From Methanothrix sp. (GTDB lineage: Archaea > Halobacteriota > Methanosarcinia > Methanotrichales > Methanotrichaceae), in the NCBI GenBank assembly GCA_963682135.1, contig OY821645.1, forward strand, positions 2,304,001-2,368,000: 64,000 nucleotides of DNA, read 5' to 3'. Under the pieces are notes generated by a model. The model saw nothing but the letters and a program-made list of their open reading frames with translations, was not told the origin of the DNA and ran no database searches. Positions 19,408 to 29,572 of the stretch are shown piece by piece (positions within the stretch are counted from its first letter, which is position 1; the number at the start of each line of letters is the position of its first letter). Made by a program: the position numbers and the translations under genes.

Positions 19408-19941
19408 ATGAAACACTGGACGCAGATATCACTCCTGTTCATGCTCCTGGCGAGCAGCGGCGAAGGGACCATGTATCTCTACGGCGGCAGCGACGCCTAC
19501 GGTCAGACAATGAGCTATCCCGGCTACGGCACTCCGCTAGCCTTCACCTCATTTGTTCCCGGCAACAATACCACAGTTGTGTCCCCAGCCTTGCTGAGAG
19601 CTACCATCTTCCGGCCCGAGTTCCGATTCCAAAAATACCAGAACGCCACCGGTGATTATCATCCCATCCTGCCCCTCTGGAACCAGTTCACCTTCTACCT
19701 GCCGTTTCTCAGCAGGGAAGACTGGTCTTTCGGCAGCTACAATAGCTATGTTCCTTCCGTTAAAAATTTCTTGAAAGATGACTGGAGCCCAGCTGGCAGG
19801 GACTATGATACAGCTGCCGTGAGGCAGTTTATGCAAGCAGACAGCTATCACGAAGGAGTCGAGCCGCATAACGATCCAGATCGCCTGGGCATCAATCAAT
19901 TCCTGGATGATGATGAGCCGCCGGGAAGACCGCTACTATGA
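19408..19941 (+). CDS. Hypothetical secreted protein (start moved from ORF-track 19132)
   Basis: Signal peptide MKHWTQISLLFMLLASSGEG; the upstream in-frame extension looks non-coding. Confidence 0.6.
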   Translation: MKHWTQISLLFMLLASSGEGTMYLYGGSDAYGQTMSYPGYGTPLAFTSFVPGNNTTVVSPALLRATIFRPEFRFQKYQNATGDYHPILPLWNQFTFYLPFLSREDWSFGSYNSYVPSVKNFLKDDWSPAGRDYDTAAVRQFMQADSYHEGVEPHNDPDRLGINQFLDDDEPPGRPLL

Positions 19942-21345
19942 GATCACGAAACGGTCTCCTCTTGCTGGAATCACGACATTGCCAATTCCCAGCTTGCTCA
20001 GCCCTGCTGCCATAGCCGCTGCCGCATCCGGCTCGCCGTGCACCACGAACACACGCTGTGGCTTGTCGGCAATCGCAGAGACAAAATCAAGCAGCCCGCC
20101 TTCGTCCGCATGGGCGCTGTAGCCATCAATAACTTCCATCCTGGCCCTTACCTCGTACTCTTCGCCATATATGTGCGCGGTCTTGTCTCCTTGCAAGAGC
20201 TTTCGTCCCAGAGTATTCTCCGCCTGATATCCTACGAAAAGAATAGTGGTCTTGGGATCGCCGATATTGCGGCGCAGATGATGCAGCACTCTTCCGCCCT
20301 CGCACATACCCGAAGCGCTGATGATAATTGCCGGCTTTGCAAGGTTGTTGAGCTTCTTCGAATCCTCAGTGCTATGGGTGTACTTGAGCATATCAAAGCC
20401 AAAGGGATCCATCCCTCCGTCCTGCAACAAGAGCTTCTCCGTCTCCTCATCATAGCACTCGGGATGCTGCCGGAAGATCTCGGTGATATTGGTTGCCAGA
20501 GGGCTGTCCACATAGACGGGTATGGAGGGAATCTGTTTTGATTCCATCAATTCGTGCAGATGATAGACCACATCCTGAGTTCTCCCTACGGCAAATGCGG
20601 GAATTATAAGCAGGCCGCCTTTATGCGCCGTCTCACTTACGATCCTGGCCAATTTCTCTTTGGCTTTATTCATAGGACCGTGATGGCGTCCCCCGTAGGT
20701 CGATTCTGTGATGAGGACATCGGCGCGCTCAAGGACCTGTGGATCTCGAACCACTGCTGCACCTTTTCTTCCCAGATCGCCGGTGAAGGCAAGCGTTGTC
20801 ACCTTCTTCTCCCCCTGACCCTCTGTAATCTCCAGCGTCACCGTAGCCGAGCCAAGAATGTGTCCCGCATCTCTAAAGGTGAGTTTTATGCCGGGAAGAA
20901 TCTCAACCGTTCGACCGTATTCAAGGGTTTGAAAGAGACGCAGTGTGCCTGCAACATCACGTGTTGCGTATAGCGGCTTAATAAAAGGCTGTCCAATTTT
21001 CGCATTCAGTTTGTTTACATATTTTGCGTCCATCTCCTGAAGGGAAGCGGAGTCGCGCAACATGGCACTACAAATGTCGCGCGTCGCCGATGTCGATAAA
21101 ATGCTGCCATCAAAGCCATTTTTTACCAGCATGGGCAATTTGCCGCTATGGTCAAGATGGGCATGAGACAGCACTACCGCATCGATGCTCATAACATCAA
21201 AAGGAAACTCTGAATTCAGCTTCCTGGATTCCTGCCGTCTGCCCTGCACCATTCCGCAGTCCAGCAGCACACGCTGCCCATTTGCCTCTACCAGATGCAT
21301 AGATCCGGTAACGGACTGTGCTGCCCCCAAGAATTGCAGTATCAA
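19936..21345 (-). CDS. Metallo-beta-lactamase/beta-CASP ribonuclease
   Basis: SHAHLDHSG, AGHILGS, ESTYG, PAFAVGRTQ, SAHAD, VHGE. Confidence 0.92.
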   Translation of the reverse strand: MILQFLGAAQSVTGSMHLVEANGQRVLLDCGMVQGRRQESRKLNSEFPFDVMSIDAVVLSHAHLDHSGKLPMLVKNGFDGSILSTSATRDICSAMLRDSASLQEMDAKYVNKLNAKIGQPFIKPLYATRDVAGTLRLFQTLEYGRTVEILPGIKLTFRDAGHILGSATVTLEITEGQGEKKVTTLAFTGDLGRKGAAVVRDPQVLERADVLITESTYGGRHHGPMNKAKEKLARIVSETAHKGGLLIIPAFAVGRTQDVVYHLHELMESKQIPSIPVYVDSPLATNITEIFRQHPECYDEETEKLLLQDGGMDPFGFDMLKYTHSTEDSKKLNNLAKPAIIISASGMCEGGRVLHHLRRNIGDPKTTILFVGYQAENTLGRKLLQGDKTAHIYGEEYEVRARMEVIDGYSAHADEGGLLDFVSAIADKPQRVFVVHGEPDAAAAMAAGLSKLGIGNVVIPARGDRFVIS

Positions 21346-21515
21346 TGTAAAACCACCCTTTTAAAAATTCCTCGTTTTCTGTTTCCCACATGAGGTGCTT
21401 TATGTGGATTGATATTAGCGGATCATGATAAATATTCTTTGCCAGGATAATCGAGAAACTATTTAATGAAGGAAGTGAAATCAGCAACATTTAGACTGCA
21501 ATACCATTTAGACTG

Positions 21516-21896
21516 GTGAAGATTATGATTCATCCCGAGCGTGTATTCTCCTTCAAGGAGCTGGAAAGCGAAGATGATCTGGTGGAAGCCATGATCAACC
21601 ATAAATGGCCGATATGCTATGGTTTTTACTACGGAAATCTGCTCTACCTGGGTGACGGGGATAACGAGGATAAGCCTGAGTATGCCGTCATGACCATCGA
21701 TAAAACAGAAGGCCACCATGGAGTTCATGGCCGCGAGGTGGGAAGGATTAAACCCGCCGGAATGTCCGCAGAGCAGGTCCATGAATTCATTCAGAAGATG
21801 ATGGCAGGCCGCTATGAAAACGAAAATCCAGTAAAAATCGAGGCAGAACCCATATGGCATCATAGCTGCCGGTTCTGCCGGCTGGAAGAAGAATGA
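21516..21896 (+). CDS. Hypothetical protein with C-terminal HHxCxxC
   Basis: 126-aa ORF followed closely by the next gene. Confidence 0.65.
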   Translation: MKIMIHPERVFSFKELESEDDLVEAMINHKWPICYGFYYGNLLYLGDGDNEDKPEYAVMTIDKTEGHHGVHGREVGRIKPAGMSAEQVHEFIQKMMAGRYENENPVKIEAEPIWHHSCRFCRLEEE

Positions 21897-21900
21897 ATAG

Positions 21901-22905
21901 GTGATTATCATACCCATATCTAACTACGGCGTGCTGAAGGGAAAGGCGAAAAATAAACTAGAGGGACAGGGCAAAAGCCCGCATTTCCATGTGTTGGTAA
22001 GCGATCATGAGAAGTTTCGCATCGCTTTCAACGTCAAATCCCAGGTTGAGCCATCGACTCTGCTCTATTTTATTGATGAGAACTTCGATCACCCCATCCT
22101 GAAATATCTGCCGCAACTACCCAGCGGCTTTACGAAATTGGACTGCAAAGCCGGTGGCATGGCCCTGGACTTCATCCGCAGCAACATGTTCGACACTGCT
22201 CAAATGAAGCCTTTGCCATATAACGTTCCTGGCCCGGATAACGACCTGAACGAACTGCTACAAAAATACATAAAGAGAAGTATGGCTATGCAGTCGAGCG
22301 TTATCTATGCCTTTGGTCAGAGATGGGGACCCGAGAAGGATAAGCCTGACGACTACTTCGATTTCCTGCCTGGAAACGGTATCCATGACATCCATATGAA
22401 TCAGGGAAATGCTCCACAATGGAAAGAGGATGATGGGCCCTGGCAGGACGGGGGGCTAATATTCCATCTTCCTGATGAAAAACGCTGGGTAGCCCTGTTC
22501 ACAGCTTTCCAGTCCCAATGTTTCCATACCGATGATGTTACCGGTCACAGAATCTCCCAAGCCTGCGATGTACCAGCCGCAGATGGGCGTGTGTGCATAG
22601 TAGCCGCTTTAGTCAACCCCTCGGGTTCTGACAAGGGATTGGAGAGCGTCATCATCCTCAACATCACACCCAATCCCATAGATCTCAAAGGTTGGAATCT
22701 GGTAGACAGCGAAAAGAAGAAAATGCCGCTTTCCGGAATTCTGAAAGCAGGGCAGACCATGACGTTTTCACTTTCTGGGACGGGCATACAGCTGCAAAAC
22801 GAAGGAGGAATTATAACCCTACTGGACAACAAAGGCCTGAAGGTGCATGGAGTTAGCTACACAGCAAAGGATGCTGCAAATGAGGGATGGACTATTGTTT
22901 TCTAG
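21901..22905 (+). CDS. YukJ/DUF2278-family protein with C-terminal lamin-tail-like domain
   Basis: YGVLKG, GIHDIHMNQGN, WQDGG, FQSQ; C-terminal IVAALVNP.G.D...N.GGIITLLD. Confidence 0.85.
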   Translation: MIIIPISNYGVLKGKAKNKLEGQGKSPHFHVLVSDHEKFRIAFNVKSQVEPSTLLYFIDENFDHPILKYLPQLPSGFTKLDCKAGGMALDFIRSNMFDTAQMKPLPYNVPGPDNDLNELLQKYIKRSMAMQSSVIYAFGQRWGPEKDKPDDYFDFLPGNGIHDIHMNQGNAPQWKEDDGPWQDGGLIFHLPDEKRWVALFTAFQSQCFHTDDVTGHRISQACDVPAADGRVCIVAALVNPSGSDKGLESVIILNITPNPIDLKGWNLVDSEKKKMPLSGILKAGQTMTFSLSGTGIQLQNEGGIITLLDNKGLKVHGVSYTAKDAANEGWTIVF

Positions 22906-23095
22906 AAACTGAGACAAATTCTGCGCATACCAGGGGTACTGTCGCAAATTAATGCTCTATCCCAGGCTAATTCATCTTTTTAGAGGCAAAAATCAGGGCA
23001 AATCGCATGCCATCTAGATAAATTAATATAATAGTATTCTGTATAACAATAATTCGAATATCATTTGTTTGACTGGGAAGCACGGAGGGAATTTG

Positions 23096-23368
23096 ATGGT
23101 TGAGACAAGGAATTTTGCCCTCAGGGATGAAAAGGGCAATGAGATTGGGGTCTTTACAGGAAAGCAACCAAGACAAGCAGCCTTGAAAGCGGCCAACAGA
23201 GGCATAACGGATATACGGCTCAGGGAGCGTGGCACAAAAAAGGTGCACATATTCGCAGGGGAAAGGGTTCAGGTAACAAAGCCCAAAGGGGCGCCCACCT
23301 GGATGCCGGATAAGATCTGGAAGCCAAAGGTCAAAAAAATGGGTGTCGAGAAGCTGGAAGAGCTCTAG
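23096..23368 (+). CDS. Non-histone chromosomal protein MC1
   Basis: RNFALRD..GNEIGVFTGKQPRQAALKAANRG...LRERGTKKVHIF; SD GGAGG before ATG 23096. Confidence 0.95.
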   Translation: MVETRNFALRDEKGNEIGVFTGKQPRQAALKAANRGITDIRLRERGTKKVHIFAGERVQVTKPKGAPTWMPDKIWKPKVKKMGVEKLEEL

Positions 23369-23605
23369 AAGCCTAATTTTTAAACAATGAGTCTTGTTCG
23401 TTCTGATCTGTGAGCGAACATATCTCATCATCTTATTTATTATCATATTTTGTCTTATTATACCAGACACCTTCGCGAATGCTGGCGGCCAAATGCATCC
23501 CCAATAGATCATCATCTGGAAATGAAGCGGATACAGGCCAAAGAGCCGGCACCTTGAAGGCGCAATCTATATCAATTTTGACATTGACTGGGGTGGATGG
23601 TAACT

Positions 23606-23839
23606 ATGGCAAAAAACAATAAGAAGAGCAAGGGTCCCCAAGATCGCAACAGCAATTATCAGATGAAAAACGGCAATCCAGTCTCCAAGAAGAAGGAAAA
23701 GAAATCCAATGCATCCAAGCCCGGTGAGACGAAATCTGCTGCCCAGACAAAGCCCGCGGAGCAGAAGAGCATCATCTCAGGCATTTCCAGCAGCATCACC
23801 AATGCCACAAACAGCATAAGCAAGATGTTCAAACATTAA
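23606..23839 (+). CDS. Small Lys-rich basic protein
   Basis: GGGGTGG SD upstream; MAKNNKKSKGPQ...SISKMFKH. Confidence 0.55.
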   Translation: MAKNNKKSKGPQDRNSNYQMKNGNPVSKKKEKKSNASKPGETKSAAQTKPAEQKSIISGISSSITNATNSISKMFKH

Positions 23840-23915
23840 GCGGTATTTTAAAATCGATAGGTCCGGTGTGGCAGGACGATGCGCACCGGAGATCATACCT
23901 TTATGAGGAATTGCC

Positions 23916-25247
23916 ATGAAGTTGATTGCATTCATCGTATATTTTGCCTTATCTGCCTGCCTGTTTCCATCGATGGTTGCAGCCCAGGATTTGGCATCAA
24001 ATCAAAGCGCTTATGCACCGCCGATTGCCAATGACAGCGCCCGGGTGGAATTGGTATCCTTTCTGGAAAATGCCCGAAATTTCACATTGAATAATGGAAA
24101 AGATGAGGCGCTCAAAGCCTTTAGCGACCCGAATGGTGAGTTTGTAAAGGGTGAGAAGTACATCTTTGCCTACGACTTCAATGGGACACTTCTGGCCCAT
24201 CCTTATCTGCACAACTTGATTGGCAGAAATAACCAGGATCTGGTAGACCCCAACGGGGTGCATTTCATAAAGAATCTGATAGAAGTCGCAAAGAGTGGCC
24301 AGGGCTTTGCCTACAATATCTATCCCAATCCAAATAGGTCGAACCAGACAGAGCTCAAGCTTCTCTATGTGGTCAAGGTTGATGATGACCTGTGGATAGG
24401 GTCCGGCATATACCTGCCCGGTGAGGTTCAACTCTTCAGCTTTGAGGACCAGCGAACTTTGATAGCGTTTGTAGATAAAGCAAGAGACTATGCACAAAAG
24501 AACGGCAAGGATAAGGCCATCCAGGTCTTCAATGATCCAGAAGGCGAATTTGTCACGAGAGATCTGTATGTATTTGCCTATGACGATTCGGGTAATGCTC
24601 TGAGCCTGCCTTTCCAGCCCTCGTTGGTGGGCACAAACCGGCTGGATGCCAGGGATGCCAATGGAATCGCTTTTACGAAAGATAATCTCGAGCTGGCTAG
24701 AGCCGGATCGGGACAGACCTACTACCTCTATCCCAATCCGGGAGAAAATATGAGCGAGGAGCTAAAACTAAGCTACACCACCAGGGTGGACGATAGCTGG
24801 TGGCTTGGATCAGGAATATTCGGTAGCTCATCCTCGGCCCAAAACAAATCCGCCATGAAGCCGACCAGCAGAGAAGAGCTGAAGACCTTTGTAGATGAGG
24901 CCTACAGCCATGCTCTGGTGACTGGCAGAGAAAAAGCTCTCAGGGATTTCATGGACCTCAATAGCAGCTGGGTTAGGGGGGATGTCTACATCTTTGCTCA
25001 GGATTTCAATGGAACATCTCTGTGCCTGCCTTACCTGCCCGATGAGGTGGGGACTAATCGCATGGATATTCAGAATGACCAGGGCGTTTACATCAACCGG
25101 GAGATGCGTGCCATAGCCATGAACGGCAGCGGCTTTTACGGGTACAGGTGGATAAATCCGATCACCAATCAGAGTGAGCCAAAGGTGAGCTACGTGTCCA
25201 AGGTGGATGATAGCTGGTGGCTGGGCGCAGGAATCTACGAGGCATGA
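23916..25247 (+). CDS. Secreted protein with three tandem single-Cache (Cache_2-like) domains
   Basis: Signal peptide; three repeats of A...G.E.A...F.D..GEFV....Y[IV]FA.D..G..L..P...G.N..D..G...Y...NP....K..Y...VDD..W.G.GI. Confidence 0.9.
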   Translation: MKLIAFIVYFALSACLFPSMVAAQDLASNQSAYAPPIANDSARVELVSFLENARNFTLNNGKDEALKAFSDPNGEFVKGEKYIFAYDFNGTLLAHPYLHNLIGRNNQDLVDPNGVHFIKNLIEVAKSGQGFAYNIYPNPNRSNQTELKLLYVVKVDDDLWIGSGIYLPGEVQLFSFEDQRTLIAFVDKARDYAQKNGKDKAIQVFNDPEGEFVTRDLYVFAYDDSGNALSLPFQPSLVGTNRLDARDANGIAFTKDNLELARAGSGQTYYLYPNPGENMSEELKLSYTTRVDDSWWLGSGIFGSSSSAQNKSAMKPTSREELKTFVDEAYSHALVTGREKALRDFMDLNSSWVRGDVYIFAQDFNGTSLCLPYLPDEVGTNRMDIQNDQGVYINREMRAIAMNGSGFYGYRWINPITNQSEPKVSYVSKVDDSWWLGAGIYEA

Positions 25248-25326
25248 GAATCTGAGAATTGATCCGTTGGCATCATCGTTTCCAAGCTGCCAAGGATCAC
25301 ATCATTTTTTCCATTTTTTTAGCTTC

Positions 25327-27189
25327 CTATTGCACACTGTCCCAGGCGCGCAGTACCTCTGCCACCGACCAGGCCTGAGAGATACATCCCCCTGGACGCT
25401 GGGGGCTGTCGCCGTCAAAGACCTCAGGGATTGTGTTGATCCCGCCGGCATGCATGGCTAACAGAGGACTGAGAAGCTCTCTGGCCTGGGCCAGCGTCGC
25501 CTCGGATCTGCCTTGCACTAACAGGAGAGCATCAATGAAGGGCCCCATGAGCCAGGGCCAGACGGTTCCCTGGTGATAGCTCCCATCCCTGCGGCGAGGG
25601 TCGCCCTCATATCTGCCAATATAGCGGGGATCGCGAGGCGAGAGAGTGCGTAGGCCGTAGGGCGTGAGCAATTCCTTTGTAACAACGTCAAGAATGCTCT
25701 TTTTCATGACATCCGGCAGCAGATCGGGAATTCCTGCTGCGATGATCTGGTTGGGACGAACGGTTGCGTCCTCATGATCAATCACATCAAAGAGGCAGCC
25801 GGCCTCACTATTCCAAAATTTCGGATAGCTTTCTCGAACCTTCTCTGCGAGTATTGCAAACCCAGCATCTTCGGACCTGCCCACGGCCTTGCCCAGCTTC
25901 TGCATATCTATCAAGGCAGAATACCAGAGGGCATTTATCTCGCAGCATTTTCCCGCCCGAGGCGATACCGGCCGGCCATCCAGGCGCGCGTCCATCCAGG
26001 TGAGTGCCGGACCCGATACAATAAGGCCATCCTCGTCCGATCCAAAGTCCTCCCCCGGTCGAGAATAGCGACTAACTACCTCCAGCAGCCTGGGCCAGAT
26101 CTCCCTGACAAACTCCCGATCTTTAGAATGGGCAAAATAACTGCCCACAGCTCGAACAAACCACAGGGATGCATCCACGGTATTGAAAGATCCGGCACCC
26201 AGGTCATTGGGCAAAACGCCGTCTTTCATGGCGGCTGCAAAGGATTTCAGGACCAGCCCGGCATCCTCAAAGCGCCCTGTGCAAAGCAAGAGGCCGGGCA
26301 GGGAGATCATGGCGTCCCTGCCCCAGTCATCAAACCAGTGGTATCCGGCGATAAGGCTCCTCCATTCTCCCCTTTTCACCAGGAAGGAGTCTGCGGCCCT
26401 TGCCAGATCTGCAACGGGGGCCAAGAGCATTTCCGTGCGTTCCTTTTCTTTTTTCTGCTCTGCCCTCCAGTCCGGCATGCCGGTCCTCCAGGTGGAAGCA
26501 GCTATTGCAAAGGAGGCATCTCCTGATAGCTCTATCTCGAAATGGCCCGGAGAGAAAAGGTCCTCCTTCCAGGCCAGGCCCCGCAATCGCTCCTCTTGGT
26601 ATTCGAAGTTATTGTAAATCATCTCCTGCGGAGCGTAGGCAGGCCCGTCCGAGAGGAGGGTGAGGCGGATGTCCGGGCGGAGATTTGATCGGAGAATCGT
26701 TCCCGTATCAAGAGGTTCCTGGCTCATGCCCGGCAAGGGGGATGCGCCGTGAAAGCTCCTGCTGTGTACCAGAGGAACCAGGCGCATCGTTCCCTGCCCA
26801 TTCTCGATTTTGTAGCTGATGATAGTGGTATTCTCACCCTGGATCATGAAGACTGTCTTCTCGATGCGGCAGCTGCCGATCTTATAGCAAAATCGCGGGA
26901 AGGGATCGCAGCGAAACTCCTGCAGGTATTTGAATCCCTGAGGATGGATCACACCAGGATATTGGTGATTGGCCAAGTGGATGCCCCCTAACTCCTCATC
27001 CAGGGAGCTGAGCAGAAGCCAGCGGTCGGTTGGAGGCTTTTGCGCCGCCACAAGAAGGCCGTGATAGGCCCGCGTGTTGCTGCCCACTGCGCTAGCGGAT
27101 GCATAGCCGCCCAGACCATTGGCCAGCAGCCACTCCCGGCCCGCGCCCTCTTCATAGCTCTGGGGGCGAAGGGCAAAACCAGCCATCAT
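25327..27189 (-). CDS. Glycogen debranching enzyme (amylo-alpha-1,6-glucosidase)
   Basis: EWLLANGLGGYAS, IAGYHWFDDWGRDAMI, TWMDA, YHQGTVWPW, QAWSVAE. Confidence 0.93.
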   Translation of the reverse strand: MMAGFALRPQSYEEGAGREWLLANGLGGYASASAVGSNTRAYHGLLVAAQKPPTDRWLLLSSLDEELGGIHLANHQYPGVIHPQGFKYLQEFRCDPFPRFCYKIGSCRIEKTVFMIQGENTTIISYKIENGQGTMRLVPLVHSRSFHGASPLPGMSQEPLDTGTILRSNLRPDIRLTLLSDGPAYAPQEMIYNNFEYQEERLRGLAWKEDLFSPGHFEIELSGDASFAIAASTWRTGMPDWRAEQKKEKERTEMLLAPVADLARAADSFLVKRGEWRSLIAGYHWFDDWGRDAMISLPGLLLCTGRFEDAGLVLKSFAAAMKDGVLPNDLGAGSFNTVDASLWFVRAVGSYFAHSKDREFVREIWPRLLEVVSRYSRPGEDFGSDEDGLIVSGPALTWMDARLDGRPVSPRAGKCCEINALWYSALIDMQKLGKAVGRSEDAGFAILAEKVRESYPKFWNSEAGCLFDVIDHEDATVRPNQIIAAGIPDLLPDVMKKSILDVVTKELLTPYGLRTLSPRDPRYIGRYEGDPRRRDGSYHQGTVWPWLMGPFIDALLLVQGRSEATLAQARELLSPLLAMHAGGINTIPEVFDGDSPQRPGGCISQAWSVAEVLRAWDSVQ

Positions 27190-28679
27190 TTATCCTCCGA
27201 GAGAGCGGTATTTACAGCCGCTATCAGGCTTTTTCGCAGTCGTTCTCCCTTGAAGTTCTCTGATTTCGCGAGCTGCTGCGCGAGAGAAGCATCTGCAAGG
27301 CTGGTCTTTGCCCAGAGGGCCAGATCCCCCTGGCTGCCATGATATTGCAATGATTCAAGCGATACCGTTTTTAGAATATTTTGCAGACCGGCCAGGCTCC
27401 AGGCGACTTCTCCTGTAAACTGATCGACGCCAGTGGCAAAGCGGAAGGGCGAATCTGCCAGATGGATCTTCTTCTTGAGGCGGTAGTGCAGATCACATAG
27501 AACGCTGAAGTAGGTGACTGAGGCATCAAAGGGAAGGCCGTAGGGGCTGAAGTAGCTGTGCACCTCTCCCGGGCCCCCTCCATGGGTGAAAATGTAATAG
27601 AGATGATCGGATAACAGAAGTGTCCTCCAAATCCGGAGAAGCCCCTGGTCTCGGCTCTCTTTGACAGGGGCCTCCAGCCTCTTTTGGTAGATGAATCCCG
27701 CCTGCTGCAGAGCGTTTCCCAGCCAGCAGCTCGTATCCCTCTCCAAATCAGCCCAGGAGACATAATTGGGCACCGACAGCTCCCTTTCCGGGGGAATGGC
27801 TGCAATCTCGGCAGGGCTCGCAAAGCGGAGATTTTCATGTCTTGCAATCTCATCAGGCAGGTGGCGCAGGAACTCAAATATGCCCGTTTCCACCCAATGA
27901 TGCTCGCCAAAGGTCTCATAGTCGCAGAATATGTTTATGCACTTGCCGGGGGTCGCAGCGAGCCAGCCTGCATACTTGTCGGCTGTGAGGGGGTACTCCG
28001 CCCAGCTACGTAAGGAGAAGCGAAAACCGATGTCATCGGTGAGCTTGTAGTTTCTAAGCAGCAAAGAGATGCCGGTATTGGGCGGTCGGTAGACGTAGTT
28101 GGGATCGGCCATCACCCCTTCGGTGAACACGGCCCTGTATCCCATTTGCGCGACCATTGCAGCAATCTCGTCATTGTAAATTAGCTCCGTATTCTCGAAG
28201 GTGGTAGGACGCAGCCCAAAAATATCCCAGATAAGCTCCCGATGCATCTTGACCTGCTCAAAAAACTCGCTCTTGTCCTCGTAAAGGCTTGCCAGAGAGT
28301 GATAGTAGGTCTGCTCCATCACCTCAACACACCCTGTCTCCACCAGCTTGACGAAGGAGTTCAGAACCTCGGGACGATAGGCCAGGCATTGCTCCAGGAA
28401 TACCCCGGAGAAGCTGTAAGCGACCTTGAAAGGGCGGACCGAACCCTCATGCTTTCTAATGCTCTCTAAAATCACCTCGTTGGCAGGCAGATAGCATTTG
28501 TCGGATACCCGCTCAAAGATCCTCCTGTTCTCAGAATCATCGAAATAGAAATCATGCAAATTGGGCACAGCTTCCTTTAGAGGAGAGCCGTCCCAGAAGA
28601 AATTTTTCTTGAGACGGAGGGGCTGGTGGACCTCAAAGCACAGAGAGACAAGAGTCATGTTTTCTATATCCGGCTGCAA
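27186..28679 (-). CDS. GH57-family alpha-amylase
   Basis: FEVHQP, QTYYHSLA, ENTELIY, DYETFGEHHW, SWADLERD. Confidence 0.92.
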   Translation of the reverse strand: MQPDIENMTLVSLCFEVHQPLRLKKNFFWDGSPLKEAVPNLHDFYFDDSENRRIFERVSDKCYLPANEVILESIRKHEGSVRPFKVAYSFSGVFLEQCLAYRPEVLNSFVKLVETGCVEVMEQTYYHSLASLYEDKSEFFEQVKMHRELIWDIFGLRPTTFENTELIYNDEIAAMVAQMGYRAVFTEGVMADPNYVYRPPNTGISLLLRNYKLTDDIGFRFSLRSWAEYPLTADKYAGWLAATPGKCINIFCDYETFGEHHWVETGIFEFLRHLPDEIARHENLRFASPAEIAAIPPERELSVPNYVSWADLERDTSCWLGNALQQAGFIYQKRLEAPVKESRDQGLLRIWRTLLLSDHLYYIFTHGGGPGEVHSYFSPYGLPFDASVTYFSVLCDLHYRLKKKIHLADSPFRFATGVDQFTGEVAWSLAGLQNILKTVSLESLQYHGSQGDLALWAKTSLADASLAQQLAKSENFKGERLRKSLIAAVNTALSEDK

Positions 28680-28794
28680 AATATTTACATCCTTCGCGCG
28701 ATCCTCTCGATATCCTCTCTTATTTCATTCAGTTTGGCAAAAGCTTAAATACTATAATCGAATTCTTTATTGCTCCTGTGGGGGAATCAGATAC

Positions 28795-29073
28795 ATGTTA
28801 TTTGGAATGACAATGATAAAAGTTAGCGGCGGCCAGGAAAGATCGGTTTATGATCACCTTCAGAAAAGGCCGGAAGTAAGAGACGTCTATCGTCTCTTTG
28901 GTGAGTACAGCTTCTTCTTAGTTATGCAGGCGGAAGAGAGAAATGTGATCTCCCGAATGCTCAGCGAGCTGAAAGCAAAAGAAAATGTCATCAAGACCGG
29001 GCCCGTCCTTCTCACCGCAGAAGATGGCGGCCTGGAGAACTGCAGAAAAGATTTTGCTATCGCATTGGCATAG
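28795..29073 (+). CDS. Stand-alone Lrp/AsnC ligand-binding (RAM) domain protein
   Basis: PEVRDVYRLFGEYSF; GGGGG SD before ATG 28795. Confidence 0.8.
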   Translation: MLFGMTMIKVSGGQERSVYDHLQKRPEVRDVYRLFGEYSFFLVMQAEERNVISRMLSELKAKENVIKTGPVLLTAEDGGLENCRKDFAIALA

Positions 29074-29134
29074 ATTTTCGGCTTTTCTCAGTTTATCTTA
29101 AATTGAATGGCCAACCGCGCAGGTGCGCCGCTTT

Positions 29135-29572
29135 TTATCTCCTGATCTTTTCGTCAGCGCAGCTTGGCTCGACCAGAGGCGCAAACTTGGTGCCATAGTA
29201 AATTATGCCCTTGTCACCTTCTTTTCCCAGGATGCGAAATACGGGACGAACACGCATGCCGATCTTCACACCAGCCGAGCTGGAGACGATCTGACCGGTA
29301 ATCTTAGGGCCCTCATCGAGTTGAATGATGGCCAGATTATAGGGCGTCAGCCTCTCGAAATCCTCGGTGGCATTGTAGATGGTAGTATAGGTGATGATAG
29401 TACCTGTCCCCTTGAAGGTGTAATCCTCTAAATGTGCCCCGCGACGGCAGTTGGGGCAGAGGTTTCTGGGGGGAAAGAAGTATTCATTGCAGCAAGTGCA
29501 GTGTGTCCCGGAAAGATTGTACCTTTGCGGTATGCTTCTCCAGAATCTGGGCGCTTGGTTTGTCATCATCAC
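29135..29572 (-). CDS. DUF35 Zn-ribbon/OB-fold scaffold of the thiolase-HMGS complex
   Basis: C..C...FFPPR..CP.C; OB-fold; operon position. Confidence 0.92.
   Translation of the reverse strand: MMMTNQAPRFWRSIPQRYNLSGTHCTCCNEYFFPPRNLCPNCRRGAHLEDYTFKGTGTIITYTTIYNATEDFERLTPYNLAIIQLDEGPKITGQIVSSSAGVKIGMRVRPVFRILGKEGDKGIIYYGTKFAPLVEPSCADEKIRR

Noticed and set aside
18996-22905. tRNA-Ala-anchored integrated element
   Set aside because: No integrase and no duplicated tRNA 3' end (att site) seen
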